A stretch of DNA of 31,840 bases from Candidatus Micrarchaeia archaeon (GCA_046538155.1 JBKHJL010000008.1:1-31840), one strand, 5' to 3'; numbered from the stretch's first letter, positions 9,566 through 19,107 are shown. Notes: generated by a model from the sequence alone, not told the origin. Translations and numbers: made by a program.

Positions 9566-9615
9566 AACCATTCTTATTTAATCATCTTATCTTATTGAGC
9601 CGGTGGTGAAAAAAC

Positions 9616-10179
9616 ATGAATGCGGAAGAAGCCATGGAACGCCTGATGGAAGGAAATGCAAGGTTTGTTAAGGGGGAACGGAAGGAGTATGACTTTATTG
9701 CGAGGAGGAGAGAGCTTCTTGCAGGGCAGCACCCTTTTGCAACAATACTGACATGCTCGGATTCAAGAGTACGCCCGGAATACATATTTGATTCCAACAT
9801 AGGGGAAATATTCAATATTGAAACTGCAGGGAATGTTGTAGATGCGGTTTCACTCGGGAGCATTGAATATGGGGTAGAACACCTGAAAACACCGGTATTG
9901 ATGGTGCTTGGGCACACAGGCTGCGGTGCAGTAACTGCCTGCTGCAATCTTGAAGGAAGCCCTGCAGGCAATCTTGGGGAAATCATGAAAAAAATTGAGC
10001 CCGCGGCGCTTAAAACACAAAAAAAGATTGATATGGCAATAGAGGAAAACATGAAATGCGTAAAGCAGTGCATACTTGAAAACAGCCCGGTAATAAAAAA
10101 GGCTGTAGAAGAAGGAGATACAAAGCTTGTGCTTGCAAAATATATTATGGAAACAGGAGAAGTCAGGGTGCTTGGGTAA
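9616..10179 (+). CDS. Beta-class carbonic anhydrase
   Basis: LMEGNARF, GQHPFATILTCSDSRV, FNIETAGNVV, GSIEYGVEHL, LGHTGCGAV; preceded by GGTGGTGA. Confidence 0.96.
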   Translation: MNAEEAMERLMEGNARFVKGERKEYDFIARRRELLAGQHPFATILTCSDSRVRPEYIFDSNIGEIFNIETAGNVVDAVSLGSIEYGVEHLKTPVLMVLGHTGCGAVTACCNLEGSPAGNLGEIMKKIEPAALKTQKKIDMAIEENMKCVKQCILENSPVIKKAVEEGDTKLVLAKYIMETGEVRVLG

Positions 10180-10181
10180 AA

Positions 10182-11411
10182 ATGAACAGCCACGGAGAGG
10201 AGCAGGCAGTAAGCTCGGAAAAGCTTTACGAATTCAAGAAACTCATAAGGGACCTTAAAGGTTACAGGGGCAGCGGCACCCAGATGATTTCAGTTTACAT
10301 CCCTTCAGGGTATGCAATACACGAAACCAGCAACAAACTGAAGGAAGAGCTGGGCCAGGCCTCAAACATAAAGTCAAAGCAGACACGCACCAATGTTACA
10401 GAAGCCCTTGAAAAAATAATAAACCACCTGAAAATGTTCAAAAGGACCCCGCAAAACGGCCTGGTTGTTTTTGCAGGGAACATATCCGAAGACCCTTCAA
10501 AGAGAAACGTGGAGCTTTTTTCCCTTGAGCCCCCGCAAAAGCTGGGCGTGAGCATCTACCGCTGCGACAGCACCTTCTTTCTTGAGCCGCTTGATAACAT
10601 GCTGGAAACAAGGGCAAAATACGGAGTTGTTGTGATGGACGGCAGGGAAGCCACGGTTGCGCTGGTAAAGGGGACTGAAACAAAGATAGTGAAAAGGCTC
10701 CATTCAACTGCACACTCAAAAATAAAAGTCGGGGGGCAGAGCGCAATGCGCTACCAGAGGGACATTGAAGAGAAAAAAGGGCTTTACTACAAGAGAATAG
10801 GGGAAGCGATGGATGCTGCTTTCCTGGGCAAGGTAAAGGGGGTTGTCATAGGGGGGCCCGGACCTGCGAAAGACTTCTTCATGAAAGAAAAGCACTTCAA
10901 CCACCAGCTGAACGTGCTCGGGGTTGTGGATACCGGATACACCGATGAGTATGGAATAAGGGAAGTACTTGCAAAAAGCGGGGAAATACTTGCGGAGCAG
11001 GACGCAATAAAGGAAAAAGAACTGGTGGAGAGATTCATAAAAGAAGTTGTAACTGAAGGGCTGGCAACCTATGGAATACGGGAGGTTCTGGAAGTTTTGG
11101 AGACAAGGCAGGCAAAAACCCTGCTGGTTTCTGAAGAGCTTCCCTTCAGGTTCCATAAATACCATTGCAACAAATGCGGCGAAGAACAAAAAAAAATAAG
11201 CAAGGAGAAGGCGGATGACATTGCATGCCCTGCCTGTGGGGCAAAAATGGACATGGATATAGATGTGCCGCTTGTTGATGAACTTATAGACCGTGCCCAC
11301 AAAAACAATGTGGAAGTTGAAATTATCTCAACCCACACTGCAGAAGGAGCACAGTTCCTGAATGGTTTTGGAGGAATAGGGGCACTGTTAAGATATAAAA
11401 AACAGGATTAG
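10182..11411 (+). CDS. prf1: Peptide chain release factor aRF1
   Basis: ASNIKS, YRCDSTF and GGQSA motifs; IGGPGPAK; C-terminal FLNGFGGIGALLRY; CNKC..CPAC insertion in domain 3. Confidence 0.98.
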   Translation: MNSHGEEQAVSSEKLYEFKKLIRDLKGYRGSGTQMISVYIPSGYAIHETSNKLKEELGQASNIKSKQTRTNVTEALEKIINHLKMFKRTPQNGLVVFAGNISEDPSKRNVELFSLEPPQKLGVSIYRCDSTFFLEPLDNMLETRAKYGVVVMDGREATVALVKGTETKIVKRLHSTAHSKIKVGGQSAMRYQRDIEEKKGLYYKRIGEAMDAAFLGKVKGVVIGGPGPAKDFFMKEKHFNHQLNVLGVVDTGYTDEYGIREVLAKSGEILAEQDAIKEKELVERFIKEVVTEGLATYGIREVLEVLETRQAKTLLVSEELPFRFHKYHCNKCGEEQKKISKEKADDIACPACGAKMDMDIDVPLVDELIDRAHKNNVEVEIISTHTAEGAQFLNGFGGIGALLRYKKQD

Positions 11412-11432
11412 GGAAGCAGACTTTTGCTTCCC
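11411..11432. terminator. Inverted repeat between convergent genes (possible bidirectional terminator or REP-like element)
   Basis: GGGAAGCA-gacttt-TGCTTCCC, a perfect 8-bp stem in the short gap between the aRF1 stop and the convergent stop at 11443. Confidence 0.5.
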
Positions 11433-11442
11433 GGATTAATTC

Positions 11443-12057
11443 CTAACTGCTTTCATTTGCCGGGGGAAGTTCCTCTTCTGCATCAGATATTTCTTCGTCA
11501 GTTTCTTCCTCTTCCAGCTGGGCTGGCCTGATGCTGCAGGCCCCCTGCAGATAAGTCTCATTTACCCTTACCAGGAGGCCGCGCTCATAGAACTCAGGGG
11601 CATTGCCCTTTTCTATCCAGATTATTGCAGCAGAAGCATCATTTGATGTAGAAAGGATTTCTGCATAGCAGGATTCCAGGGTGGCGTTTCCAGAGGTGTG
11701 GCTGCAGGAATTATCCTCCAGCACATAAACCTTCATTTCCTTACCTACAACCCCTTCGCTTCCTGCAAAATCAACTCCGCACTGCATAATGTTATTCTTG
11801 CTTAGGGGGTATGCATCCAGCCCCCGCAAATCCTCCACAATATAAACTTTATCTGAAGCAAGCAGATTGGCTGCAAACTCCTCCAGGGTAACATTCTCCC
11901 CTGCAACTGCAAAAGGAGGGCCGTATTCCCCGGGTTCTTCATCCCCATTTACAGGAGTGGGCTCTTCCCCGCCATCTGCAGGCAGGGTAAGCACGTAATA
12001 CCCAATCCCTGCCGCCACAATCAGGAGCACAATGACTGCTATCTGTTTCCTATCCAT
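11443..12057 (-). CDS. Hypothetical N-terminally membrane-anchored acidic protein with a 4-Cys extracellular domain
   Basis: N-terminal TM IAVIVLLIVAAGIGYYVLTL, acidic Pro-rich linker, four Cys, acidic tail; 11 nt downstream of the 714-aa gene. Confidence 0.8.
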   Translation of the reverse strand: MDRKQIAVIVLLIVAAGIGYYVLTLPADGGEEPTPVNGDEEPGEYGPPFAVAGENVTLEEFAANLLASDKVYIVEDLRGLDAYPLSKNNIMQCGVDFAGSEGVVGKEMKVYVLEDNSCSHTSGNATLESCYAEILSTSNDASAAIIWIEKGNAPEFYERGLLVRVNETYLQGACSIRPAQLEEEETDEEISDAEEELPPANESS

Positions 12058-12068
12058 AACCCATCAAC

Positions 12069-14213
12069 TCACTGGCTGGTTTCATTCTGTGAAGTTGTGT
12101 TTCCTTCATTTTCCTCTTCAGGAATATAAGAATACTCCTGTACCTCTTCTGTAAATGCGGTGGCCACCTGGCAGTCGCCAAAGTAATCCTCGTCCCCGCT
12201 GAAGGTTCCCTTGTATACGAACCCTGTGTTGAACTGGGGGCTCTCATCAACGGTGCTGTAGCGGAAGAGGATTATCGGCTCTTCGACCGTGTTATAACAC
12301 TCCGCAAGCGTAACATTCTGCCCATTGATCAGGCACTCGCTGTTCATCTTATTGTAGACCACCACGTCTTTTCCTTCAAGGGAAGTAGAAAGCTCTTCTG
12401 CACATGCCATCATCTGGGTTGAAGCGCCTGCCGGTGCCCCTTCGGTTTCCACAATGATGGAGACATATTCGCTGAAGAGCACGTGGTCCTTGAAATCAGT
12501 AAAGCTTGCATCGCTTGAAGAAGAGGAAAGCACATAGTAGATTCCTCCGGAAACAACCCCTGCAAAAAGGATTGAGCATCCCAGCAGCAGTATTCCTGCA
12601 AACAGGGTGACCTTGTTCCTGAAGAAATGGGAAAGTGTTGCAAATGCAAACAGGAAAAGGAAAATCGCAAGCGAGGAGAGTGAAAAGAATGAAAGCGAAG
12701 ATATCACGATGGGCGTGTATTCTGACACCTGCTCCTTCTGGGTCCTTTCAAGCGGAGCCATAGTAGAGGTAAAGTCAGCGATTCCTTCGTTGGTTTTCGT
12801 TCCTGCGCCCTTGAAAGTGTTGACTACTGTTTCTGAGGCCTCCACTGAATCCAGGGTAATCAAGGCGCTGTTTCCGAGTTCCGTGTATTTTTCAGTAAGC
12901 TGCTGGTACTTTTCAGGGGAAAGCCCTTCCACAAAACTACGGTCCTGGGTGCGCTTCTCTGCCTTCAGCGCTGTAAACTCCGCCTGCTGGGACGCTGGAA
13001 GATCTTTTGTATCAAGGGTGAAGAAAAGCATATCCGCCCTTTCCTTTGCTTCCACTGTATTGTTGTAAACCTCCCATGATTCGGAAATTAAGGTTTCCAG
13101 GACATTGAGCTTTGCATCAAGCTCATTAAGGTTGGATTCTGTTGAAGCAAAGTCAGAATTGTTTATATCTGTTTCAATATCGATAAGTATCTCTCTTACC
13201 CTCCCGGAATTGCTCATGACCGTGTCATCTGAAACATATTCAAGCAGTTCATCTGCCTCTGCAAGAACCTCTTCTGCCCTCTCCTCCTGTGGAGCGAATT
13301 CGGTTGTATATTCTGATCTCTGCTCATTGAGCAGTTTGTATTCCTTGCGGGCTACAGTTGAATTGTGTAGTTTTTCCGAAAGCTCCTCATACTCTTCAAT
13401 ATACTCAACTTCCGGGAGCATCTCTTCTACCCGTTCATCCGCCTGGTCCAGGTATTCCTCTTCAATTATTATTGGTGGGCAGATTCCGTAGCAGTCGTTA
13501 CATGTATCTCCACCACTGGAATAAGGGACGCGGAACTTGGTGGTTTCCAGCTTCTCCTCATACTCCCTCATCAGTTCTATATTCTGGTCAATCTCAAGCA
13601 ATACATCATACATATTGGATTCAGAAAGATTAGCAAGGTCCTGCTGTGTCTGATTGTCTATCTCCGTGAGGCGGTTTGAGGAAATCGCAATATCCTGGAT
13701 AACAGGCAGGATGTTCAGGGGGTCACTGCAGCCCACATAATCTCCATATTCTTCACAAACCACAGAGGCAGTCATGAAACAGTCGTTGTGTTTTGCCTCC
13801 TCCCAGGTTTCGGGAATTGAATCATTTGTGCAGGGAAATGCGTGCAGAAAAATGCTCATCCTGCATTCCTCTTCCTCTACTCCTTCCCACATGTCACCAT
13901 TTTCCCGGCTATCATGATAAAGGTTGAGAAGTTCAGTAAGGTTGTCTATTTCTGCCTGGGTGGGGTAATACTGCTCCATATAATACTGATACAATACAGC
14001 GTCAATCTCGGATTCGTCATCCAGGAGTTCCCCGTTCTTCAGAATCAGAGCCTCTTCCCCATTAATATAGACTATCTCGTAATCCGCGCCCATGGCGCTG
14101 AAGGACTCGGAACCGGTCTGGTTCTCCCCCTCGTACATGTAATCCTGCAGGTTTGCCGGGAAAAGCAGGCCCAACACAAGCAGTAGGGACAGGAACAAAG
14201 TTATTGGTCGCAT
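12069..14213 (-). CDS. Hypothetical membrane protein: signal peptide, Cys-rich region, long acidic coiled-coil, 2 TM helices, C-terminal 4-Cys domain
   Basis: Signal MRPITLFLSLLLVLGLLFP; TCNDCYGICPP; heptad-like E/L-rich segment; TMs IVISSLSFFSLSSLAIFLFLFAF and LFAGILLLGCSILFAGVVSGGIYYVL. Confidence 0.85.
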   Translation of the reverse strand: MRPITLFLSLLLVLGLLFPANLQDYMYEGENQTGSESFSAMGADYEIVYINGEEALILKNGELLDDESEIDAVLYQYYMEQYYPTQAEIDNLTELLNLYHDSRENGDMWEGVEEEECRMSIFLHAFPCTNDSIPETWEEAKHNDCFMTASVVCEEYGDYVGCSDPLNILPVIQDIAISSNRLTEIDNQTQQDLANLSESNMYDVLLEIDQNIELMREYEEKLETTKFRVPYSSGGDTCNDCYGICPPIIIEEEYLDQADERVEEMLPEVEYIEEYEELSEKLHNSTVARKEYKLLNEQRSEYTTEFAPQEERAEEVLAEADELLEYVSDDTVMSNSGRVREILIDIETDINNSDFASTESNLNELDAKLNVLETLISESWEVYNNTVEAKERADMLFFTLDTKDLPASQQAEFTALKAEKRTQDRSFVEGLSPEKYQQLTEKYTELGNSALITLDSVEASETVVNTFKGAGTKTNEGIADFTSTMAPLERTQKEQVSEYTPIVISSLSFFSLSSLAIFLFLFAFATLSHFFRNKVTLFAGILLLGCSILFAGVVSGGIYYVLSSSSSDASFTDFKDHVLFSEYVSIIVETEGAPAGASTQMMACAEELSTSLEGKDVVVYNKMNSECLINGQNVTLAECYNTVEEPIILFRYSTVDESPQFNTGFVYKGTFSGDEDYFGDCQVATAFTEEVQEYSYIPEEENEGNTTSQNETSQ

Positions 14214-14250
14214 AAGCTTAATTTAAATAAGAAGAGATTTAAATAGTTTG

Positions 14251-15237
14251 CTATTTTTCCCTTTGGACCACATAATCTGCCAGAGCTTCCAGGATTTCCC
14301 TTTTGCTTTCATCCCTGACTACATCAAGGGATTGTTTTGCATCCTCCACTAATTTATCTGAAACAGAAGAGGCATAAGAAATTGCCCCTGTGTTCTCTGC
14401 AAGCCCGATAATTTCAGAAACATCTTCCCCGGATTTTTCCGGTTTTTTTAGTATCTCTATTGCCCTTTCCTTTTCCTTACCATCCAGCTTCCCGAGCATT
14501 TTGAGCGTGATGAGAGAGCGCTTTCCCTCCTTTATGTCCTCGCCAATCTCTTTTTTGTACTTGGAAGGGTCAGCCGTAAGATTGAGCACATCATCCTTTA
14601 TCTGGAATGAAAGCCCGATTTTTTCCCCGAACTCCTGCAAACCTGCCTGAACCTCTTCAGGCGCTTCTGCAGCATACCCCCCAATCCTGCAGGAAACCCC
14701 AATTAATGAGCCGGTTTTTCCCCCGGCCATCCTGAAATAATCCTCTTCGGTGAGTTCAAACGTGCCTGTTCTGTACCATTCAAGCTCAGTGCCCTGGCCA
14801 TCTACTACAGAGGAAAATGCGCCCACGAGCATTTGCACAGCCCCCTGGAACTTTTCCGGGGGGAAACTGCCCGAAACAAGGGAAGACCATACCGCAGTAT
14901 AAAGTGCATCCCCGCTGTTTATGGCTATGGGGATGCCGAATTTCTCGTGCAGGGTGGGTTTCCCCCTCCTTAGAGGAGAATTGTCTTCAATATCATCGTG
15001 GATAAGGGTAAAATTATGGAAAATCTCAATCGCCAGGGCATATGGAAGGGCATCCTCGTCCCTTCCCCCGCATGCTTCTGAGCAGGCAAGGGTAAGCACC
15101 GGCCTGATCCTCTTCCCACCCCTTGAAATATACTCCCTGAGCATTCCATAGATGCACTCAGGCTCATCCGGAATGCTGTTGTAAATATTGTCCTCAATCT
15201 TGCGGGACCGGGTAAAGATGTAATCAGCAACGTCCAT
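14251..15237 (-). CDS. Short-chain polyprenyl diphosphate synthase (archaeal-type GGPP synthase, IdsA-like)
   Basis: GGKRIRP; FARM HNFTLIHDDIEDNSPLRRG with Phe at -5; SARM FQIKDDVLN; GEDIKEGK. Start moved to ATG at 15237, which follows GGAGGTG. Confidence 0.95.
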   Translation of the reverse strand: MDVADYIFTRSRKIEDNIYNSIPDEPECIYGMLREYISRGGKRIRPVLTLACSEACGGRDEDALPYALAIEIFHNFTLIHDDIEDNSPLRRGKPTLHEKFGIPIAINSGDALYTAVWSSLVSGSFPPEKFQGAVQMLVGAFSSVVDGQGTELEWYRTGTFELTEEDYFRMAGGKTGSLIGVSCRIGGYAAEAPEEVQAGLQEFGEKIGLSFQIKDDVLNLTADPSKYKKEIGEDIKEGKRSLITLKMLGKLDGKEKERAIEILKKPEKSGEDVSEIIGLAENTGAISYASSVSDKLVEDAKQSLDVVRDESKREILEALADYVVQREK

Positions 15238-15272
15238 GGAAACACCTCCTCCTTCAAAATATAAAGGCAACA

Positions 15273-15581
15273 CTATTTATACTTCAGCCTTCGGGTGAAA
15301 CCGCATTCTTTGCACCTGTACTGGAGCACACTGTTCCTCTGGTCAAAGGACACATCAACTGTTTTTCCGGGAATCCAGAGGGTGAAGCACTTTTTGCAGA
15401 AAGAGAGCTTCTGCTCCCTGGTGAGGCGGACCTTGTACTTCTGGACCAGTTTCCAGAGGAGCTTTAGATACCGCTCAGAGCGCCCCGGATGCTCACTGAA
15501 CTCAGAGCGGGCCTGCCTGAGGAGCTCCTCTATGCGGGTGCGCACAGTCTCCTTAATAACCTTTTTGGCCCTCTTATCCAT
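15273..15581 (-). CDS. rnp4: Ribonuclease P protein component 4 (Rpp21)
   Basis: RIEELLRQA..SERYLKLLWKLVQKYKVRL and Zn ribbon FCKKC..CKECG..RRL. Likely start is ATG at 15581 (MDKRAKK). Confidence 0.88.
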   Translation of the reverse strand: MDKRAKKVIKETVRTRIEELLRQARSEFSEHPGRSERYLKLLWKLVQKYKVRLTREQKLSFCKKCFTLWIPGKTVDVSFDQRNSVLQYRCKECGFTRRLKYK

Positions 15582-15619
15582 AGCCGGATTAGGAAACACA
15601 AACCAAATAAAGGGAGAGC

Positions 15620-16450
15620 ATGGGAGCATTTGAAGAATTTTTTATAGACCCGATACTGGAGAAAACAGGTTACAACCCTGTGAATACACTTGCTTATGCT
15701 GCAATAGCAGTAATCGCAGTTTATGTTCTGTTTCACCTCTTTCGGAGATTCAGGATAAAAATAGATTCAGGCTTTTTCTGGGGAGTGCTCAGCTTCGTCC
15801 TCTTTGGGGCTGCGGCAAGGGCGGTTACCGATGCGGTTGACAGCGGAGTGTTCACCGGGATAACGCCTCTCCACCAGGCAATCCTGGATTCCGGGCTCTA
15901 TGATTATGGATTCCTTACGGTCACTCCGGGAATATACCTTGTTGTAGCCGGGGTGCTGCTGCTTTCAATTGGGGTGCTCCACGTATTCAGAAAGATGGAG
16001 CTGCTTCCCTGGGTTGGCGGGGCACTTTTTGCATTTAACCTGCTATTGCTGTTGCTATTTATGCAGTATTTATATTATGGGGCTGCTGCTATTGTCCTTG
16101 CGGCAATTCCTGCATACATAGTACTAAAGAGGTACGGGGCCATTCCTGCAACCGTTGTGGGAGGGCATGCCCTTGATGGTGCGGCAACATTCATCATACT
16201 GGACATATTCGCCTCTGATGTGGGGAAGAATTACTTTGAGCAGCATGTTCTTTCCCGGGCTGTGGGCGAACTGTTTGACACCTATTTTACATTCTACCTG
16301 CTAAAAGTGGCAGTTGCCTCTGCTGCAGTCTGCCTCGTGGAAAAAGAGAAAATGCAAAATGATGAGAGGATATTCTTTTACCTGGTTATCGCAATAATAG
16401 GGCTGGCTCCGGGGCTGAGGAGCATCCTGAGGATGGTGTGCGGTGCATGA
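15620..16450 (+). CDS. DUF63 family multi-pass membrane protein
   Basis: FFIDPI..GYNPVNTLAYA, TPGIY, GHALDGAATF, YFEQHVL, IGLAPGLR motifs; many TM segments. Confidence 0.85.
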   Translation: MGAFEEFFIDPILEKTGYNPVNTLAYAAIAVIAVYVLFHLFRRFRIKIDSGFFWGVLSFVLFGAAARAVTDAVDSGVFTGITPLHQAILDSGLYDYGFLTVTPGIYLVVAGVLLLSIGVLHVFRKMELLPWVGGALFAFNLLLLLLFMQYLYYGAAAIVLAAIPAYIVLKRYGAIPATVVGGHALDGAATFIILDIFASDVGKNYFEQHVLSRAVGELFDTYFTFYLLKVAVASAAVCLVEKEKMQNDERIFFYLVIAIIGLAPGLRSILRMVCGA

Positions 16451-17184
16451 TTTCCCTTGTGGGGCTCGGGGTTGCATACGATATTACTGAACATGGGATG
16501 GATGTGCTCAGGGGATGCGATGCCGCATTTTGCGAAGTGCACACCATGCCCGTGCCCGGGGATTATATTGAAAAGCTTGAAGCGGAAAGCGGGAAAAACA
16601 TAGAAACCATTGGAAGGGAGGAGGTAGAGGGAAGTTTGCTCATTGAAAAAGCAAAAGAGGGGAGGGTATGCCTGCTCTGCGGCGGGGACCCGCTTGCCGC
16701 AACCACCCATATCTCGCTTCTTGTTGATGCGCGGAAAGCAGGAATTGAAATAGAAGTTGTGCATAATTCATCTGTATTCTCTGCGGCCGCAGGAAAATCC
16801 GGGCTCCAGCCATACAAATTCGGAAAAACGGTTACTGTAAGCTTCTGGAGGGAAAACTACAGGCCAACTTCCCCTCTCCTGCTCATTGAAAAAAACCTGG
16901 AAGCGGGCATGCACACCCTGGTACTCATGGACCTGGACAACGAGCTGGGGTTGATGGATGCAAAACTGGGGCTTGTACTCCTTGGGAAAATGGAGAAAAA
17001 AGAGGGCAGGAGTGTGCTTCCGGAAAAAGTGGTTGTGCTGTCAAGAGTCGGCTATCCGGACGAGAAGATTTCCTGGGGAAATGTTGGGGAACTGCTGGAA
17101 ACGGATTTGGGAAACGCGCCTTTCTGCATAGTGGTCCCTGCTGAGTTGCATGAAGTAGAAAAGGAATACCTGGAATCGCTTTGA
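16447..17184 (+). CDS. dph5: Diphthine synthase
   Basis: LVGLG..DIT, GDPLAATTH, SGLQPYKFGKTVT, GMHTLVLMD; ATGA overlap with the DUF63 stop. Confidence 0.95.
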   Translation: MISLVGLGVAYDITEHGMDVLRGCDAAFCEVHTMPVPGDYIEKLEAESGKNIETIGREEVEGSLLIEKAKEGRVCLLCGGDPLAATTHISLLVDARKAGIEIEVVHNSSVFSAAAGKSGLQPYKFGKTVTVSFWRENYRPTSPLLLIEKNLEAGMHTLVLMDLDNELGLMDAKLGLVLLGKMEKKEGRSVLPEKVVVLSRVGYPDEKISWGNVGELLETDLGNAPFCIVVPAELHEVEKEYLESL

Positions 17185-17187
17185 GCA

Positions 17188-17736
17188 CTATTCCCCAAAC
17201 TCAAATGACAGGTCATTGAATACATACCTTGGCTGAGAATTCTGGATAAACTCTTCTGCATTTTCCCCTTCAAGAAGCTCGTTCCTGTCAATGTCAATTG
17301 CATAAGTTCTGTTCAGCCAGTTGAACTTAACCAGGGAATACCTGTTCCCTATTACACAAAACGCATCTTCCAGGCCAAGGGCGCGGAGCAGGGATGTTGC
17401 AAGAAGCGCTTTGTCTATTCTTGAAGCTGCCCCAAGTTCCTCCATTTCCTCAAAACTAAGGGAATACTGCACAGGGAGCTCCACAACATCTATACTGGAA
17501 ATATGGGAAATCACCCTCCTTACTGCATCCAGCAATTTCTCCTCCTGGTTGTAGGGGGCAAGAAATTCCAGAATTTTAGTTTTGAGGGCGGAAACGTAAT
17601 CCGAGTAAGGGGAAATCACCTGCCTGAGCCTGGAAAGTGAGCGGATTTCCTCCTTTTCTATCCCTTCCCTGTGGCGCTCCAGGATGTGCTTTGCAACTTC
17701 CAGTTCCTTTTCCATGCATGGAAATTGCATACGCAT
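17188..17736 (-). CDS. Hypothetical protein with a degenerate transglutaminase-like fold (alternative start at 17715)
   Basis: FEEMEELGAASRIDKALLATSLLRALGL resembles the G-D-C-x-D-x-A-x-L-x-x-S-L-L-R-A-x-G helix but has no Cys. Confidence 0.55.
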   Translation of the reverse strand: MRMQFPCMEKELEVAKHILERHREGIEKEEIRSLSRLRQVISPYSDYVSALKTKILEFLAPYNQEEKLLDAVRRVISHISSIDVVELPVQYSLSFEEMEELGAASRIDKALLATSLLRALGLEDAFCVIGNRYSLVKFNWLNRTYAIDIDRNELLEGENAEEFIQNSQPRYVFNDLSFEFGE

Positions 17737-17782
17737 TTTATATTCTTTTCCTTAGATAAGATTTGTTGCGACCAGTGATAAC

Positions 17783-19072
17783 ATGAAATTTATTGCATAT
17801 GGGGGAGCGAGGGAAGTGGGAAGAAGCGCTTTCCTCCTTTCAGAGAAAAAAAAGAGTATCCTGCTGGACTGCGGGATTAAGCTCGGGGAAAAGGTGGAAT
17901 ACCCGCTTTTTCCCGAAGGATTTGAAAAAACTGTGCGGGATGTGGCGATAAGCCATGCGCACCTGGACCACTCCGGGCATCTGGGGAGCCTTATTGCAAA
18001 TGGGGCCAAGCCCATTATTTACGGCATAAAAGCAACCAAGGATTTAACCGGGGTGCTGCTTGCGGATTATCAGCGCATAGGGAAGAACATTGATTTCTCG
18101 GACAGGGATGTTTCAGAAGTACTAAGGCGGTTCCATACTTATGGATTTAAAGAAGAATTCCGGGCGGGCGGATACAATGCACGCATGTATAATGCTGGGC
18201 ACATCCTGGGTTCTGCAATGATTCAGGTAGAGGGGGAGAAGAAAGTTCTGTATAGCGGGGACATCTCTGCGAGGGGAACCCGTCTGCTTGATGGGTGCGA
18301 GAAGGGTTTGCGCGCAGATGCGCTTGTTCTTGAGGGAACTTATGGAGGTGAGGAGCTCCCGGGAACCAAAGAATCAGTAAACATGCTTATTTCTGAAATA
18401 AAAGAAACCATAAAGGAGGGTGGACACGTAATAATTCCCTCATTTGCTGTGGGAAGGGGGCAGGAGATGCTGCTCCTCCTTGAAAGCTACATGAAATCCG
18501 GGGTCCTGCCCGAAGTGAAAATCTACATGGACGGGATGATTAAAAAGGCAATGAAAATCTACAGGCAAAACATGATTTACGCAAAAGACGAGGTGCAGAA
18601 GAGGGTTCTTCTGAGCAGTGATGACCCATTTGCAAGCAAGCATTTTTTTGTGCCCCGGAGGAGGGACAGGAAAGATGTGTTTGAAGAGCCATGCATTATT
18701 GTGAGCACCTCCGGAATGCTTTCAGGAGGCCCTGTGCTTACTTACCTTAAAGAGCTTGCCGGGAACCCGAAAAACAAGCTTATTTTCGTGGGATACCAGG
18801 CAGAGGGAACACGGGGTAGAAAAATCCTGGATGGCGCAAAGAGCATTGAAATTGACGATGAGGAAGTAGAGCTGCGGCTGAAAATTGCAGAGCTTAGGAT
18901 TTCCGGGCATGCAGGAAAAAGCGAGCTAATCCAGTTTGCCCAGGGGATAAAGGGGCTCAAGAAGATAATCCTTGTGCACGGGGACAAAGAATCCCTGGAA
19001 GAAATGGGGGAGCACCTGGGAAGAAAATATGAAGTGGTTATTCCTAAGGCGCTGGAAGAAATAAGAATCTGA
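17783..19072 (+). CDS. Metallo-beta-lactamase/beta-CASP ribonuclease (aCPSF2-like, no KH domains)
   Basis: GGAREVGRS, LDCG, SHAHLDHSG, AGHILGS, YSGD, PSFAVGRGQE, TSGMLSGG, GYQAEGTRGR, SGHA, LVHG. Confidence 0.95.
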   Translation: MKFIAYGGAREVGRSAFLLSEKKKSILLDCGIKLGEKVEYPLFPEGFEKTVRDVAISHAHLDHSGHLGSLIANGAKPIIYGIKATKDLTGVLLADYQRIGKNIDFSDRDVSEVLRRFHTYGFKEEFRAGGYNARMYNAGHILGSAMIQVEGEKKVLYSGDISARGTRLLDGCEKGLRADALVLEGTYGGEELPGTKESVNMLISEIKETIKEGGHVIIPSFAVGRGQEMLLLLESYMKSGVLPEVKIYMDGMIKKAMKIYRQNMIYAKDEVQKRVLLSSDDPFASKHFFVPRRRDRKDVFEEPCIIVSTSGMLSGGPVLTYLKELAGNPKNKLIFVGYQAEGTRGRKILDGAKSIEIDDEEVELRLKIAELRISGHAGKSELIQFAQGIKGLKKIILVHGDKESLEEMGEHLGRKYEVVIPKALEEIRI

Positions 19073-19107
19073 ATTTCCAATGTTGGGGGTCTCCTCTGCG
19101 GTTCAGA

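Noticed and set aside
9582..10193. 203-aa minus-strand ORF
   Set aside because: Antisense shadow of the canonical carbonic anhydrase, with no motifs of its own.
11165..11240. CNKC..CPAC zinc-ribbon insertion in aRF1
   Set aside because: A Zn-finger-like minidomain in domain 3 is already known in many archaeal aRF1 proteins.
17783..19072. Beta-CASP nuclease as a defence-system effector next to the orphan block
   Set aside because: It looks like an ordinary archaeal aCPSF2-type RNase, is convergent with the orphan operon and has no defence-type partner genes.
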